From Rhodobacter sp. (lineage in GTDB: Bacteria > Pseudomonadota > Alphaproteobacteria > Rhodobacterales > Rhodobacteraceae), in assembly GCA_020251025.1 (NCBI GenBank), contig JADCDI010000040.1:714-64713 (forward strand): DNA of 64,000 nt, given 5' to 3'. Shown in pieces: positions 27,569 to 40,599 of this stretch. Every line of letters begins with the position of its first letter. Within the stretch, counting starts at the first letter, position 1. The position numbers were made by a program, and so were the translations under genes. Under the pieces are notes generated by a model. It was given only the letters and a program-made list of their open reading frames with translations. It made no database searches and was not told where the DNA came from.

Positions 27569-29230
27569 ATGCAAACGCCGCTGTGGAAGACCATCCTGAT
27601 CTGGGGCATCTGCGCCGCGGGTCTGCTTTATGCGCTGCCGAACCTGTTTTACACCAGGGTCGAGCAGCACAATGACGCGCTGCGCGCGGTTGAACTGGCC
27701 GGGGTGTCAACCCCGGATCAGGACGCCGCCATCGCGCAGTGGCCCAACTGGCTGCCCTCGGGTCTGGTGAATCTGGGCCTTGATCTGCGCGGTGGCGCGC
27801 ATCTTCTGGCGGAAGTGCAGGTGGCGGATGTCTACAAGGACCGCATCGATGGCCTGTGGCCGGATGTGCGCGATGCCCTGCGCAGCGAACGCGATGCCAT
27901 CGGCAATGTCCGCCGCGAGCCGTCCGATCCCGGTGTGCTGAAGGTCAAGATCGGCAATCCGGCCAATATGGCCAGGGCGGTTGAACTGGTGCGCGCGCTG
28001 GCCCAGCCGGTGGTGACGCTGACCGGTGTCGGCCAGACCGATATCGAGGTGTCGGCACAGGGTGACACAATCACCGTCCAGCTTTCGGAGGCGGAACGCG
28101 CGGCGACCGACAGCCGCACCATCCAGCAATCGCTGGAAATCATCCGCCGCCGCGTGGACGAGGTGGGCACCCGTGAACCGACGATCCAGCGGCAGGGCAC
28201 CGACCGCATCCTGATCCAGGTGCCCGGCATCGGATCGGCGGCGGAACTGAAGGCGCTGATCGGCACCACCGCGCGGCTGACCTTCAATGCGGTGCGCGGA
28301 CGCACGTCGGATGAAAACGCCGATCCCGGCGCGCGCAACCTGCTGCTTCCCGCCGCCGACGAGCCGGGCATGTTCTATATCATCGAACAGACGCCTGTCG
28401 TGTCGGGCGAAGATCTGGTCGATGCCCAGCCCGCCTTTGACCAGAACGGCCGGCCTGCCGTGAATTTCCGCTTCAATCCTTCGGGCGCGCGGAAATTCGG
28501 CGATTACACGGCGGCCAACATCGGGCAACCCTTCGCCATCGTTCTGGATGACGAGGTGATTTCCGCCCCCGTGATCCAGTCGGCGATTCCGGGCGGCTCG
28601 GGCATCATCACCGGCAATTTCACCATCGAGGAAAGCACCGATCTGGCCGTGCTCTTGCGTGCAGGGGCATTGCCGGCCGAGCTGATCTTTCTGGAGGAAC
28701 GCACCATCGGCCCGGAACTGGGCCAGGACAGCATCGACGCGGGCCGGGTCGCCGCCGTCATCGCGATGATTGCCGTGTCGCTGTTCATGTTTGCAAGCTA
28801 TGGCCTGTTCGGCCTTTTTGCCAATATCGCGCTGGCCATCAACATGGGCCTGCTGTTCGGGGTGCTGTCGATGATCGGCGGCACGCTGACCCTGCCCGGC
28901 ATTGCCGGCATCGTGCTGACCATCGGCATGGCGGTGGATGCCAACGTTCTGGTGTTCGAACGCATCCGCGAGGAATTGCGCGGCCAGAAGAACCCCGTGC
29001 GCGCCATCGAGATCGGTTATGAGCGGGCGATGTCCGCCATTGTGGATGCAAACCTGACCACATTGATCACCGCCGCTGTCCTCTTCTCCTTCGGGGCGGG
29101 GCCGGTGCGCGGATTTGCCGTGACCCTGGCCCTTGGCATCATCACCTCGGTCTTCACGGCGCTGCTTGTGACCAAACAGCTTATCGCACTCTGGTACGGC
29201 TGGCGCCGTCCCAGGACCATCACGGTTTAA
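27569..29230 (+). CDS. secD: Protein translocase subunit SecD
   Basis: LGLDLRGG..., periplasmic domain, and a C-terminal 6-TM RND-like domain GIAGIVLTIGMAVDANVLVFERIREE. Confidence 0.93.
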   Translation: MQTPLWKTILIWGICAAGLLYALPNLFYTRVEQHNDALRAVELAGVSTPDQDAAIAQWPNWLPSGLVNLGLDLRGGAHLLAEVQVADVYKDRIDGLWPDVRDALRSERDAIGNVRREPSDPGVLKVKIGNPANMARAVELVRALAQPVVTLTGVGQTDIEVSAQGDTITVQLSEAERAATDSRTIQQSLEIIRRRVDEVGTREPTIQRQGTDRILIQVPGIGSAAELKALIGTTARLTFNAVRGRTSDENADPGARNLLLPAADEPGMFYIIEQTPVVSGEDLVDAQPAFDQNGRPAVNFRFNPSGARKFGDYTAANIGQPFAIVLDDEVISAPVIQSAIPGGSGIITGNFTIEESTDLAVLLRAGALPAELIFLEERTIGPELGQDSIDAGRVAAVIAMIAVSLFMFASYGLFGLFANIALAINMGLLFGVLSMIGGTLTLPGIAGIVLTIGMAVDANVLVFERIREELRGQKNPVRAIEIGYERAMSAIVDANLTTLITAAVLFSFGAGPVRGFAVTLALGIITSVFTALLVTKQLIALWYGWRRPRTITV

Positions 29231-29241
29231 GGAAGACGGAT

Positions 29242-30213
29242 ATGGCCTGGCGTTTGCGGCTTGCCCCTGAAAAGACCAACATCGATTTCTTCCGCTATCA
29301 GTGGCTGACCTTCGGCGGGTCCATCGCCCTGATGCTGGTGGCCTTTGTGGCCTGGGGCGTGATGGGGTTGAATTATGGCATCGACTTCAAAGGGGGCACC
29401 ACGATCCGCACCGAATCCACGACGCCCGTCGACATCGGGGTGTATCGCGGGGCTTTGGCACCGCTGCCGCTTGGCGATGTGTCGATTACCGAGGTGTTCG
29501 ACCCCGGCTTTGCGCCCGACCAACATGTGGCGATGATCCGGATATCGGCGCTGGACAATACCCAGTCGGTGACACCCGAGGTGATCCAGCAGGTGGAAGA
29601 TGCCCTTGTCGCCGTCGATCCGGCGATCAGCTTCACCTCTGTCGAATCCGTCGGCCCGAAAGTGTCGGGCGAGCTGGTCTGGTCTTCGATCCTTGCGGTG
29701 GCGATCACCAGTGTCGGGATATTGCTGTATATCTGGCTGCGCTTTGAATGGCAGTTCGCCTTGGGTGGTGTGCTGGCGCTGCTGCATGACGTCTTCATCA
29801 CCATCGGCATCTTTGCGCTGTTTCAGCTCAAGTTCGACCTGACCATCATCGCGGCCCTTCTGACCATTCTGGGATATTCGATCAACGACACGGTCGTGGT
29901 GTTCGACCGGCTGCGCGAGAACCTGGTGAAGTACAAGACCATGCCGCTTCGCGATGTGATGAACCTGTCGGTGAACGAAACGCTGAGCCGCACGCTGATG
30001 ACCTCGATCACCACGCTGATCGCGGTGGGATCGATGATGGTCTTCGGCGGGGACGTGATCCGCGGCTTCAGCTTTGCCATCTTCATGGGTGTTCTGCTGG
30101 GCACTTATTCGTCGGTCTATGTGGCCAAGAACATCGTCCTGATGATCGGCCTTGATCGCAGCGACAAGCCAAAGTCGGACAAGGGCAACCAGTTTGCCGG
30201 GATCGATGCCTGA
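29242..30213 (+). CDS. secF: Protein translocase subunit SecF
   Basis: GIDFKGGT..., ...LLHDVFITIGIFALF..., GYSINDTVVVFDRLREN. Confidence 0.93.
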   Translation: MAWRLRLAPEKTNIDFFRYQWLTFGGSIALMLVAFVAWGVMGLNYGIDFKGGTTIRTESTTPVDIGVYRGALAPLPLGDVSITEVFDPGFAPDQHVAMIRISALDNTQSVTPEVIQQVEDALVAVDPAISFTSVESVGPKVSGELVWSSILAVAITSVGILLYIWLRFEWQFALGGVLALLHDVFITIGIFALFQLKFDLTIIAALLTILGYSINDTVVVFDRLRENLVKYKTMPLRDVMNLSVNETLSRTLMTSITTLIAVGSMMVFGGDVIRGFSFAIFMGVLLGTYSSVYVAKNIVLMIGLDRSDKPKSDKGNQFAGIDA

Positions 30214-30228
30214 ACCGCAGGGAACCCG

Positions 30229-30582
30229 ATGCGCCTGACCGAAATCACCTATTCCGAAGCCAGGCCGATCGACGGCTATGGGCCGGGGTTCTTCCGGGTC
30301 GGCGGGCGGGTGATGCAGGGGGCCGTTCTGGTTTCGCCCTGGTCATCGCAAGGGTGGGGCGGACTTGACGATACGGCAACGCCTCTGGCGCTGGCCGACA
30401 GGATCGACGTGCTGTTCGTCGGCACCGGGGCCGAGATTGCCCATCTGCCCCCCGGTTTCCGCCACATTCTGGAAGAGGCCGGGATCGGGGTTGAGGTGAT
30501 GAATTCCCCAGCGGCGTGCCGCACCTATAATGTGCTTCTGTCCGAAGGCCGCCGGATTGCCGTGGCGCTTTTGCCGGTCTGA
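30229..30582 (+). CDS. Mth938-like domain (DUF498) protein
   Basis: 117 aa. I..Y..G.F.V.G......VLV.P.......L...D.L..GTG.......P.......GI.VE.M.....C.TYN.L..EGR.V.A.L. Confidence 0.7.
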   Translation: MRLTEITYSEARPIDGYGPGFFRVGGRVMQGAVLVSPWSSQGWGGLDDTATPLALADRIDVLFVGTGAEIAHLPPGFRHILEEAGIGVEVMNSPAACRTYNVLLSEGRRIAVALLPV

Positions 30583-30709
30583 TCGCCTGCCTGCGCCGGC
30601 TTGTCGCCGGGGCAGGCCGGACACCATGGGAGGATCCGTTTCGCATGACCTGCCGCATCGCCATTCCCGGTCCCGTTGCCGGTGCCGGTCTGGCATATCG
30701 GGGTGCGTT

Positions 30710-31330
30710 GTGGGGCTGACCGTCATTGATCTGGCCTGCGCGCGGGGCGGGGTCACGGTGCTGGCGGGCGTCAGGCTGACACTTCCGGCGGGGCGTGCCC
30801 TGGTGCTGCGCGGCCCGAATGGCATCGGCAAGACCACGCTGCTGCGCACGGTTGCAGGGTTGCAGCCTGCCGTTTCGGGCCGCGTGCAGGCTGACCCCGA
30901 AAGCCTGACCTATGCCGCCCACGCCGACGGTCTGAAGGCGGCCCTTACGGCGCGGGAAAACCTGGCCTTCTGGGCCGCAGTCCACGGGCAGGGGGGCGTT
31001 GACGCCGCCCTGACGGCGCTGAACCTGACCGCGCTGCAGGACCGCCCGGCACAGCACCTTTCGGCCGGGCAGAAGCGCCGTCTGGGCCTGGCGCGCCTTT
31101 TGGTAACGGGGCGGCCGGTCTGGCTGCTGGACGAGCCGACGGTTTCGCTTGACGCCGCTTCGGTCGCCCTGTTTGCTGAGGTGCTGCGCGGGCATCTGGC
31201 ACAGGGTGGCGCGGCCCTGATCGCCACCCATGTCGATCTGGCGCTGGACGAGGCCGCCGTGCTGGACCTGACCGCATTCCGGGCGCAAAGCCGCAGCCAT
31301 GGCGGTGCCTTTGACGAGGCCTTTGCATGA
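30710..31330 (+). CDS. ccmA: Heme exporter ATP-binding protein CcmA
   Basis: GTG 30710 gives [14 protein letters not shown]...[19 protein letters not shown] (Walker A), [21 protein letters not shown]. An ATG at 30626 would add a non-conserved Arg/Cys-rich extension. Confidence 0.85.
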   Translation: MGLTVIDLACARGGVTVLAGVRLTLPAGRALVLRGPNGIGKTTLLRTVAGLQPAVSGRVQADPESLTYAAHADGLKAALTARENLAFWAAVHGQGGVDAALTALNLTALQDRPAQHLSAGQKRRLGLARLLVTGRPVWLLDEPTVSLDAASVALFAEVLRGHLAQGGAALIATHVDLALDEAAVLDLTAFRAQSRSHGGAFDEAFA

Positions 31331-31983
31331 CCGCCCTTCTGCTGCGCGATTTGCGCCTTGCCACGCGGGCCGGGGGCGGTTTTGGCCTTGGGCTGGCGTT
31401 TTTTCTGCTGGTGGCGGTGCTGGTGCCGCTTGGGGTCGGGCCGGAACCTGCCCTGCTGGCGCGGATTGCGCCCGGCATCCTTTGGGTCGGGGCCCTGCTG
31501 GCCTGCCTTCTGTCGCTGGACCGGATCTTCGCGCTGGATTTCGAAGATGGCTCGATGGATCTTCTGGCCATTGCGCCCATTCCGCTGGAAGGGGTGGTTG
31601 CGGTCAAGGCGCTGGCGCATTGGCTGGTGACGGGCCTGCCGCTGACCCTGCTGTCGCCGGTGCTGGGCGTGCTTTTGCACCTGCCCGGCCCGGGCTATGT
31701 CTGGCTGGTGCTGTCGCTGGCGCTGGGAACGCCTGCCCTGTCCATGATCGGGGCCTTTGGTGCGGCGTTGACGGTGGGTTTGAAGCGGGGCGGGCTGCTT
31801 TTGTCGCTGCTGGTGCTGCCGCTTTACGTGCCCACGCTGATCTATGGTGCCGAAGCGGTGCGGCGCGGCGTGGACGGGCAGGGCGCACCGACGGCTTTGC
31901 TGTTGCTGGCCGGACTGACCGCCGGGGCGGCGGCCCTGCTGCCCTTTGCCGCGGCTGCGGCAATCCGCGTCAATCTGCGGTGA
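31327..31983 (+). CDS. ccmB: Heme exporter protein CcmB
   Basis: 218-aa 6-TM protein with ...SLDRIF..D.EDGS.DLL.... ATGA overlap with ccmA. Confidence 0.9.
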   Translation: MTALLLRDLRLATRAGGGFGLGLAFFLLVAVLVPLGVGPEPALLARIAPGILWVGALLACLLSLDRIFALDFEDGSMDLLAIAPIPLEGVVAVKALAHWLVTGLPLTLLSPVLGVLLHLPGPGYVWLVLSLALGTPALSMIGAFGAALTVGLKRGGLLLSLLVLPLYVPTLIYGAEAVRRGVDGQGAPTALLLLAGLTAGAAALLPFAAAAAIRVNLR

Positions 31984-32035
31984 GGCATCCATGTTAAGAT
32001 CAGAGCGTGAACCGAAGGGGGCCTGGCTGAGCGGC

Positions 32036-32764
32036 ATGTCGTTATGGGAATATGCAAATCCAAGGCGGTTTCTGCAGACCTCTGCCCGCCTGCTTCCCTG
32101 GCTGGCGGGGCTGTCCGCCCTGTGCCTGGCAACAGGCGGCATCTGGGGCTTTTTCTTTACGCCGGATGACTTCCGCCAGGGGTCCACCGTGAAGATCATC
32201 TATCTTCACGTGCCTGCGGCCATGATGGCCGTCAATGGCTGGATCATGATGCTGGTCACCTCGCTGATCTGGCTGATCCGGCGTCATCATGTGTCGGCGC
32301 TGGCTGCAAAGGCGGCAGGCCCTGTCGGGCTGACCATGACCATGATCGCGCTGGTCACCGGTGCGCTTTGGGGGCAGCCGATGTGGGGCACCTGGTGGGC
32401 CTGGGACCCAAGGCTGACCTCTTTCCTGATCCTGACCCTGTTCTATCTGGGCTACATCGCGCTGTGGGCGGCGGTGGAAGACCCCGACACGGCGGCGGAC
32501 CTGACAAGCGTGCTGTGCATCGTCGGTTCGGTCTTTGCGGTGCTGTCGCGCTATGCGGTGAATTTCTGGAGTCAGGGGCTGCATCAGGGTGCGTCCCTGT
32601 CGCTTGACAAGGAAAAGAATGTCGCGGACGTGTTTTACCTGCCGCTTCTGGTCTGCATCGCGGGATTTGTGCTGCTGTTTGTCACCCTGGTGCTGCTGCG
32701 TACCGGGACCGAGATTCGCGCACGCCGCCTGCAATCGCTTCTGGCGCGGGAAAGGATGGCCTGA
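32036..32764 (+). CDS. ccmC: Heme exporter protein CcmC
   Basis: MSLWEYANPRRFLQTSARLLPW...IIYLHVPAA... and the WWAWDPRLTS tryptophan-rich motif. Internal ATG 32036 of ORF 31946..32764. Confidence 0.9.
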   Translation: MSLWEYANPRRFLQTSARLLPWLAGLSALCLATGGIWGFFFTPDDFRQGSTVKIIYLHVPAAMMAVNGWIMMLVTSLIWLIRRHHVSALAAKAAGPVGLTMTMIALVTGALWGQPMWGTWWAWDPRLTSFLILTLFYLGYIALWAAVEDPDTAADLTSVLCIVGSVFAVLSRYAVNFWSQGLHQGASLSLDKEKNVADVFYLPLLVCIAGFVLLFVTLVLLRTGTEIRARRLQSLLARERMA

Positions 32765-32922
32765 TGCCCGATCTTGGCAAATACGCGGTGGCGGTGCTGG
32801 CCTCCTACGGGGCGACGATCATCCTTCTGGCCGTGCTGGTGGCCTTGAGCCTGTGGCGCAGCGCCCGGATGCGCCGGGCCCTGCGCGAGGTGGAGGCCCG
32901 GCAGGGGGCGACCCATGGTTAA
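32764..32922 (+). CDS. ccmD: Heme exporter protein CcmD (52 aa)
   Basis: Not in the ORF track (under 60 aa). The ATG at 32764 overlaps the ccmC stop. Single TM: MPDLGKYAVAVLASYGATIILLAVLVALSLWRSARMRRAL. Overlaps the ccmG start. Confidence 0.7.
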   Translation: MPDLGKYAVAVLASYGATIILLAVLVALSLWRSARMRRALREVEARQGATHG

Positions 32923-33448
32923 GCCGCTGATGCTGGCCCCGCCGCTGATCTTTGCCGGGCTTGCCGTGCTGTTCTTTGTCGGCATGCAGCGCAGTGATCC
33001 TGAGCAGCTTCCCTCGGCCATGGAGGGGCGCAAGGCGCCTGCCGTGCAGGTCGCGGCCCTGGGCACCGGGCCGGAACTGACCGATGCCATGCTGCGTGAG
33101 CGGGGCGTGAAGCTGGTGAACTTCTGGGCCAGCTGGTGCGCGCCCTGCCGCGCCGAGCACCCGGTGCTGAAGGCCCTGTCGGCCGAAGGCGTGACGATCC
33201 TGGGCGTCAACTACAAGGACAAGCCCGAGGCAGCCCTGCAGTTTCTGGAAGAACTGGGCAACCCTTACGCCGCCATCGGGGCCGATGACAACGGCCGCAT
33301 GGGGCTGGACTGGGGGCTCTATGGCGTGCCGGAAACCTTTGTGATCGATGGTGACGGCAAGGTCATCCTGCGGCATGCCGGACCGATCACGGCCAGCATC
33401 CTGCAAGAGCGGATTCGCCCGGCCCTTGCCCAGGCGGCGGGCGGCTGA
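32915..33448 (+). CDS. ccmG: Thiol:disulfide oxidoreductase CcmG/DsbE
   Basis: N-terminal anchor, NFWASWCAPCRAEHP thioredoxin motif, GVYGVPETFVIDG.G.I. Confidence 0.9.
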   Translation: MVKPLMLAPPLIFAGLAVLFFVGMQRSDPEQLPSAMEGRKAPAVQVAALGTGPELTDAMLRERGVKLVNFWASWCAPCRAEHPVLKALSAEGVTILGVNYKDKPEAALQFLEELGNPYAAIGADDNGRMGLDWGLYGVPETFVIDGDGKVILRHAGPITASILQERIRPALAQAAGG

Positions 33449-33861
33449 TGCGGGCTTCTGCGGCTGTCCTGGTCTTTGCTGCCTGCCTGCCGGCCACGGC
33501 CCCGCTGGCCAAGCCCGGCACGCCGGGGCCGCATTACTTTGCCGGAACCTTCGAGCGTGTCGGGCGCGCGGGCGGCCCGGAACCGGCCCTGCTGGATGAC
33601 CGGGTGACGATTACGCCGCAGGGGCAGGCCGTGGTGATCGAAAGCTGTTCGGGTCCGGACATCGTGATGGACTTCGGCCCGGCGTTCGAGCTGGAAAACC
33701 TGATGACCGGCAGCATGGAAGAGACGGCGGTAGAATGCCTGTTTCACAACAACGGCTACAACCGCCCGCTGCTGACCTGCCGGGCGGAAGACGGGGCCAG
33801 CTTTACGCTGTGGCCCGTCAGTGGCGTTAAGGCGGGGCTGGCGCTGGATTGCGGGGGGTAA
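33448..33861 (+). CDS. Hypothetical secreted protein
   Basis: Signal peptide MRASAAVLVFAACLPATAPLA and 4 Cys. The ATG overlaps the ccmG stop (TGATG). No recognisable domain. Confidence 0.5.
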   Translation: MRASAAVLVFAACLPATAPLAKPGTPGPHYFAGTFERVGRAGGPEPALLDDRVTITPQGQAVVIESCSGPDIVMDFGPAFELENLMTGSMEETAVECLFHNNGYNRPLLTCRAEDGASFTLWPVSGVKAGLALDCGG

Positions 33862-33983
33862 AGGGCCCGGCGCTTTGGCGGGGGCTATGGCCCCGGCCAG
33901 GATGCGCAAGGCGCGCAAACGCCAAGGTCCTGCCGCTTTTCGGTCAGGCCGCCCGTGCGGCCGACCCTGTTCCATCGCCCGCC

Positions 33984-36674
<2,691 letters not shown>

Positions 36675-36877
36675 TCTGGCCTCCTGGCTGTGACGCGGGC
36701 GGGGAAGGGTGCAAAAGAGTCGCGATATTGGTATGCAATTGTATGCCGAAAATCCAGTCCCTTTGCGCCCGAAGAACCGACAGATCACAGCCTGGCATGA
36801 AAACCCTCGCAATTCCTTGATTGGCTGTTGCACGGGCAGATGGCTACAAGATTGAAATCCAAGACAGGATGTACCGC

Positions 36878-37585
36878 ATGCGACATATCGTCAGCGCCAC
36901 GTTCGGATTGTGCCTTGCTGTGGCGGGCATGGCCGGGGCGCAGCCGGCGTCACGGTCTGCGGTGGTGGTCGAGCTGTTCACCTCGCAGGGCTGCGCATCC
37001 TGCCCGCCTGCGGATGATTTCTTTGCGGAACTGGTCAGCGACCCGGATGTGATCCCGCTGGCGCTGCATGTCGACTATTGGGATTACATCGGTTGGGAAG
37101 ACAAGTTTGCCGATCCGGCATTCACCGACCGGCAGAAGGCCTATGCCCGTATGGCCGGCAGCCGGATGGTCTATACCCCGCAGTTGATCGTCGGGGGGCT
37201 GGACCGGGTTGAAGGCAATCAGCCGGCCGAGGTCAAGGCGCTGATCCGCCGCCACCTTGACGCGGCCCGGGCGGTGACGCTGACACTGGAACGCCAGGGG
37301 GACCAGATCGTGATCCGCGCCGTGTCACAGCGGGCCTTTGCAAAACCGGTGCGGGTGCAGCTGGTCCGCTTCCGCCCGGAAGAGACGGTGACGATCGAAC
37401 GCGGCGAGAATGCGGGGCGGACGGTGACCTACCGCAATATCGTCACATCGTGGCAGGCGCTGGGGGAGTGGACGGGCGAGACCCCGCTTGCCGTGCAAAC
37501 ACCGGCACCAGGCGCGGACCCTGCCGTGGTGATCTTGCAAGAATCCGGCCCCTCGGCCATTCTTGCGGCGGCGCGGATCGACTGA
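36878..37585 (+). CDS. DUF1223 domain protein (thioredoxin-like, secreted)
   Basis: Signal peptide, then VVELFTSQGCASCPPAD...LALHVDYWDYIGWEDKFA...YTPQLIVGG. Confidence 0.8.
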   Translation: MRHIVSATFGLCLAVAGMAGAQPASRSAVVVELFTSQGCASCPPADDFFAELVSDPDVIPLALHVDYWDYIGWEDKFADPAFTDRQKAYARMAGSRMVYTPQLIVGGLDRVEGNQPAEVKALIRRHLDAARAVTLTLERQGDQIVIRAVSQRAFAKPVRVQLVRFRPEETVTIERGENAGRTVTYRNIVTSWQALGEWTGETPLAVQTPAPGADPAVVILQESGPSAILAAARID

Positions 37586-38458
37586 TCACGTCTTCCAGCG
37601 GCGATGAATCCACAGCCATTGGTCCAGATGCTGGCGCACCAGGGCCTCCAGATTGTCGTTCAGGGCCTGGGTCATCGCCTCGGGCGTGCCGCGCGGAATG
37701 GGGGATTCGACCACGATGCGAAAGTCGAGCCCGTTTTCAAGGCGGATGGCATAGATCGGGATCAGCAGCGCATCATACTTGATCGCCATTTCGGCTGCCG
37801 ACAGCGCGGTCATCGCATCATGCCCGAAAAAGGACAGCCGCGCGCCATGGCCCATGTGCTGGTCTATCAGCAGGCCCAGCATGCCGCCGCCGCGCAGAAA
37901 CCGGATCATCCCGGCCATGCCGCGCTTGTCGCGGGGAAACAGGGGCGTTCCCAGTCTGGAGATTGCCGCCACGTAATGTTCGTTGAAATAGGGGTTCATC
38001 ATCGGGCGGTACAGGCCGCCAAAGGGGTAGCCGCGCCTGATCAATGCGGCGCGGCCCGCATCATGGTTGCCGATATGGCCTGAAACGACGATGACCGGGC
38101 GCCTCGCGGCAATCGCCTTGTCCAGTTCTGCCAGGCCGGGGCCGGACAGCGGGTGTTTCATGGCCCGTTCGATCAATTCCTCGCCGGAATACATCTCGAT
38201 CAGGGTGCGGCCCGCGTTGTTGGGGACGGCCCGGGACAGGCGCCTTACTTCTGCTTCCGGCAGGTCGGGCAGAATCTTTGCCAGATTCTCGCGCACACGC
38301 CGGTCGTACCCCGCCAGAGGGCCGATGACCCGGCCCAGCAGCCACCCGCACAGCCTGACCCGCCAGGCATAGGGCAGGCAAAGCAGGACCCAGATCAGGC
38401 TGCGCAGCGCCCGGTCCTGCAGCCGCAGGCCCGGCTTGAAGGGCTTGGCTTTTGTCAT
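37586..38458 (-). CDS. Lysophospholipid/lipid A lauroyl acyltransferase (LpxL/HtrB family)
   Basis: Internal ATG 38458. ...VVSGHIGNHD (HX4D-type motif), ...GMLGLLIDQH..., C-terminal QWLWIHRRWK. Confidence 0.8.
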   Translation of the reverse strand: MTKAKPFKPGLRLQDRALRSLIWVLLCLPYAWRVRLCGWLLGRVIGPLAGYDRRVRENLAKILPDLPEAEVRRLSRAVPNNAGRTLIEMYSGEELIERAMKHPLSGPGLAELDKAIAARRPVIVVSGHIGNHDAGRAALIRRGYPFGGLYRPMMNPYFNEHYVAAISRLGTPLFPRDKRGMAGMIRFLRGGGMLGLLIDQHMGHGARLSFFGHDAMTALSAAEMAIKYDALLIPIYAIRLENGLDFRIVVESPIPRGTPEAMTQALNDNLEALVRQHLDQWLWIHRRWKT

Positions 38459-39360
38459 CCTGCCTCGTCGGGCGCCGCGGTGCGTGGGGCCCGTGTTTCC
38501 TGCCGCCACACATAAAGCCCGGCCGAAACGATCACAAGCGCACCCAGAAGGGTGGCGGGGTCGGGGTAATCGCCGTAAAGAACAATCCCCCAGCCGATGG
38601 CAAAAAGGATGCCCGCATAGGCGAACGGTGCCACCGCCGCCGCTTCGGCCAGCGAAAAGGACCGGATGATGCATAATTGTGCGACGGTGCCCAGCACCCC
38701 GAGGGCCGCAAACCGCCAGAAATCGGCGGGATCAATATCGACCCACAGGACGGGCAGGGTGACGCCGCTGGCCAGCGTTCCGAAGGCCGCAGTATAGATC
38801 ATCGCCGTCCAGGGTGTTTCGAACGGGCCGACCCGGCGGGTGATCAGCGCGCTGCCTGCATAGCAGACGGCCGCCGCGACCGGCAGCAATGCGGGCAGTG
38901 TCAGCACACCGGACCCGGGCCGGATCACGATCATCGCACCGATCATCGCCAGCACGACGCCGAACAGCCGGTCGCGTCCCAGCCGCTCGCCCAGGAAAAG
39001 GGCGGCCCCAAGCGTGATCAGCACAGGGTTGACATCGGTCAGCGCCTGCGCCTCGGCCAGTCCGATGTAGGTCAGGCTGGCAAAAAACAGGGTGACGGTG
39101 GCGAATTGCAACACCGCCCGCGCCAGGTGCAGGCCGGCAAAGCGGGTTCGCAGCGCCGGCCCGGTCGCGCCGCGCAGGATCATCAGCACCAGCACGATCT
39201 GTCCCGCAAAGCGGAAGAAGATCACCTGAAGCACTGGATACCCCCCCACCAGACCCTTTGCCACGGCATCCATGGTGGTGAAGAACAGAACCGCGACGAC
39301 CATCAGAAGGATTCCGCGCGCCGTGTGGGTCGCTGCGGCGGCGGGAAGGGGCAAGGGCAT
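38455..39360 (-). CDS. DMT superfamily (EamA-like) transporter
   Basis: 301 aa, 10 predicted TM segments in two EamA-type halves. 4-nt overlap with the acyltransferase gene. Confidence 0.85.
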   Translation of the reverse strand: MPLPLPAAAATHTARGILLMVVAVLFFTTMDAVAKGLVGGYPVLQVIFFRFAGQIVLVLMILRGATGPALRTRFAGLHLARAVLQFATVTLFFASLTYIGLAEAQALTDVNPVLITLGAALFLGERLGRDRLFGVVLAMIGAMIVIRPGSGVLTLPALLPVAAAVCYAGSALITRRVGPFETPWTAMIYTAAFGTLASGVTLPVLWVDIDPADFWRFAALGVLGTVAQLCIIRSFSLAEAAAVAPFAYAGILFAIGWGIVLYGDYPDPATLLGALVIVSAGLYVWRQETRAPRTAAPDEAG

Positions 39361-39441
39361 GAAAAGGGTCCGATCCGGAGACGGGACGGACCCTAGAATG
39401 CAGGCATCGCCGGGACAAGGGCCGACCTTATGCGCCTGACA

Positions 39442-40509
39442 TTACTCTTCGGCAGGCACCACGAAGGCCAGCTCTCCCGTCGCCTCGAGTTCCCGGATTG
39501 CGGTGATGACGGCACCTTGCGCCTCTTCCGCGTCCTTTTCCCTGACCGCACCACGCTCCGCCACCTCGTCGCGGATCGATTGCGCCAGACGCTGGGACAG
39601 GTTGTCCAGAAAGAAGGTGGCGGCAGCGGCAAGTTCGTCTGTCGTCGCACCGGCAATGGCAGTGACCAGCACCGCCTGATCGACGACGCGGACGATCTTG
39701 GGCACATCGCGCCCCGCGATCCGGTGCGGGATATGCACAAAGGTAAAGATGGCGCGCCGCACCTTGCGGGCAAATTCCGCATCGGTTTCGTCCAGACCCT
39801 TGAGAACTTCGTCCCGCGTTGCCGCCGCAGTGACATTCAGGATCGCCCCCACCCGTTCCACCGGCCCGGTTTCGAAGGCGCGCGCAGGCTGGGTGTCCAG
39901 CTGGGCTGCCAGTGACTGGCCGATGCGCCGCACCGTTTCGGGGTCGACATTGCCGGTCTGGGACACCGCATAGGCCACGCGGCGCGCCTTGTCGCCGGGC
40001 AGTCGGCCCAGCAGGCTGGCGGCCTTTGGGATGGGCAGCTTCGAAAGCATGACGGCCGCCACCTCTTCGCTTTCCTCTTCCAGGACGGGCAGCAGACGGT
40101 CTTCTTCCAGCAACATGATCCGGTCCCACGGGTCCGCCTTGCCCGAGGCACCCGCCAGACGGCGCAGCCGGTTGGCGGCGGTTGTGCTGATATGCCCGTC
40201 CATCATCGTCAGCGCGCCTTCGATGCCGCCGGGAAAGGACAGGCCCACCTGTTCAAGTTCATTCAGGAATTCTTCCACCACCGCGCCCAGCGTGGTGCGG
40301 TCGACAAGGCGCATCCGGCCGATCTGTTCGGTAAGGGCCGCCTGCATGTGCTCGGGCAGGGACGACAGCGGCAGAGACGCGCCTTCAGCCAGCAGCAGGC
40401 GGACAATGACCGCAGCCTTTACGCGACCGGTCATGGCCAAAGGCTGTCCCGGTGCCGGCTGCGGTTCTGCCCCGCGATGGGTGGTCAACTGGCCCAGAGT
40501 GGTGCGCAT
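39442..40509 (-). CDS. fliG: Flagellar motor switch protein FliG (isolated copy)
   Basis: ...KAAVIVRLLLAEG..., ...EVLKGLDETDAEFARKVRRAIFTF..I......D...I.R.VD...L..A..GA. and ...RLAQSIRDE are typical FliG middle and C-terminal domains. No other flagellar gene in the window. Confidence 0.8.
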   Translation of the reverse strand: MRTTLGQLTTHRGAEPQPAPGQPLAMTGRVKAAVIVRLLLAEGASLPLSSLPEHMQAALTEQIGRMRLVDRTTLGAVVEEFLNELEQVGLSFPGGIEGALTMMDGHISTTAANRLRRLAGASGKADPWDRIMLLEEDRLLPVLEEESEEVAAVMLSKLPIPKAASLLGRLPGDKARRVAYAVSQTGNVDPETVRRIGQSLAAQLDTQPARAFETGPVERVGAILNVTAAATRDEVLKGLDETDAEFARKVRRAIFTFVHIPHRIAGRDVPKIVRVVDQAVLVTAIAGATTDELAAAATFFLDNLSQRLAQSIRDEVAERGAVREKDAEEAQGAVITAIRELEATGELAFVVPAEE

Positions 40510-40552
40510 GACGGCCTTCCTTCAACACAGGCAGATCATGCACGGGCATCGG

Positions 40553-40567
40553 TTAAGACCGGATTAG
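40553..40567. promoter_or_regulatory. Near-consensus CtrA-type box TTAA-N7-TTAG(C) upstream of fliG
   Basis: TTAAGACCGGATTAGC, 44-58 nt upstream of the fliG ATG (40509). One mismatch to TTAA-N7-TTAAC. Confidence 0.3.
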
Positions 40568-40569
40568 CA

Positions 40570-40589
40570 GACCCCGGTCGCCCGGGGTC
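40570..40589 (-). terminator. Stem-loop GACCCCGG-TCGC-CCGGGGTC downstream of the small Cys-peptide gene
   Basis: Perfect 8-bp GC stem about 10 nt after the stop at 40600 (minus strand). Confidence 0.35.
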
Positions 40590-40599
40590 AGCCAGGATG

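Noticed and set aside
30626-30709. Upstream ATG as the ccmA start
   Set aside because: It would add [28 protein letters not shown], which is not CcmA-like. GTG 30710 aligns with the usual CcmA N-terminus.
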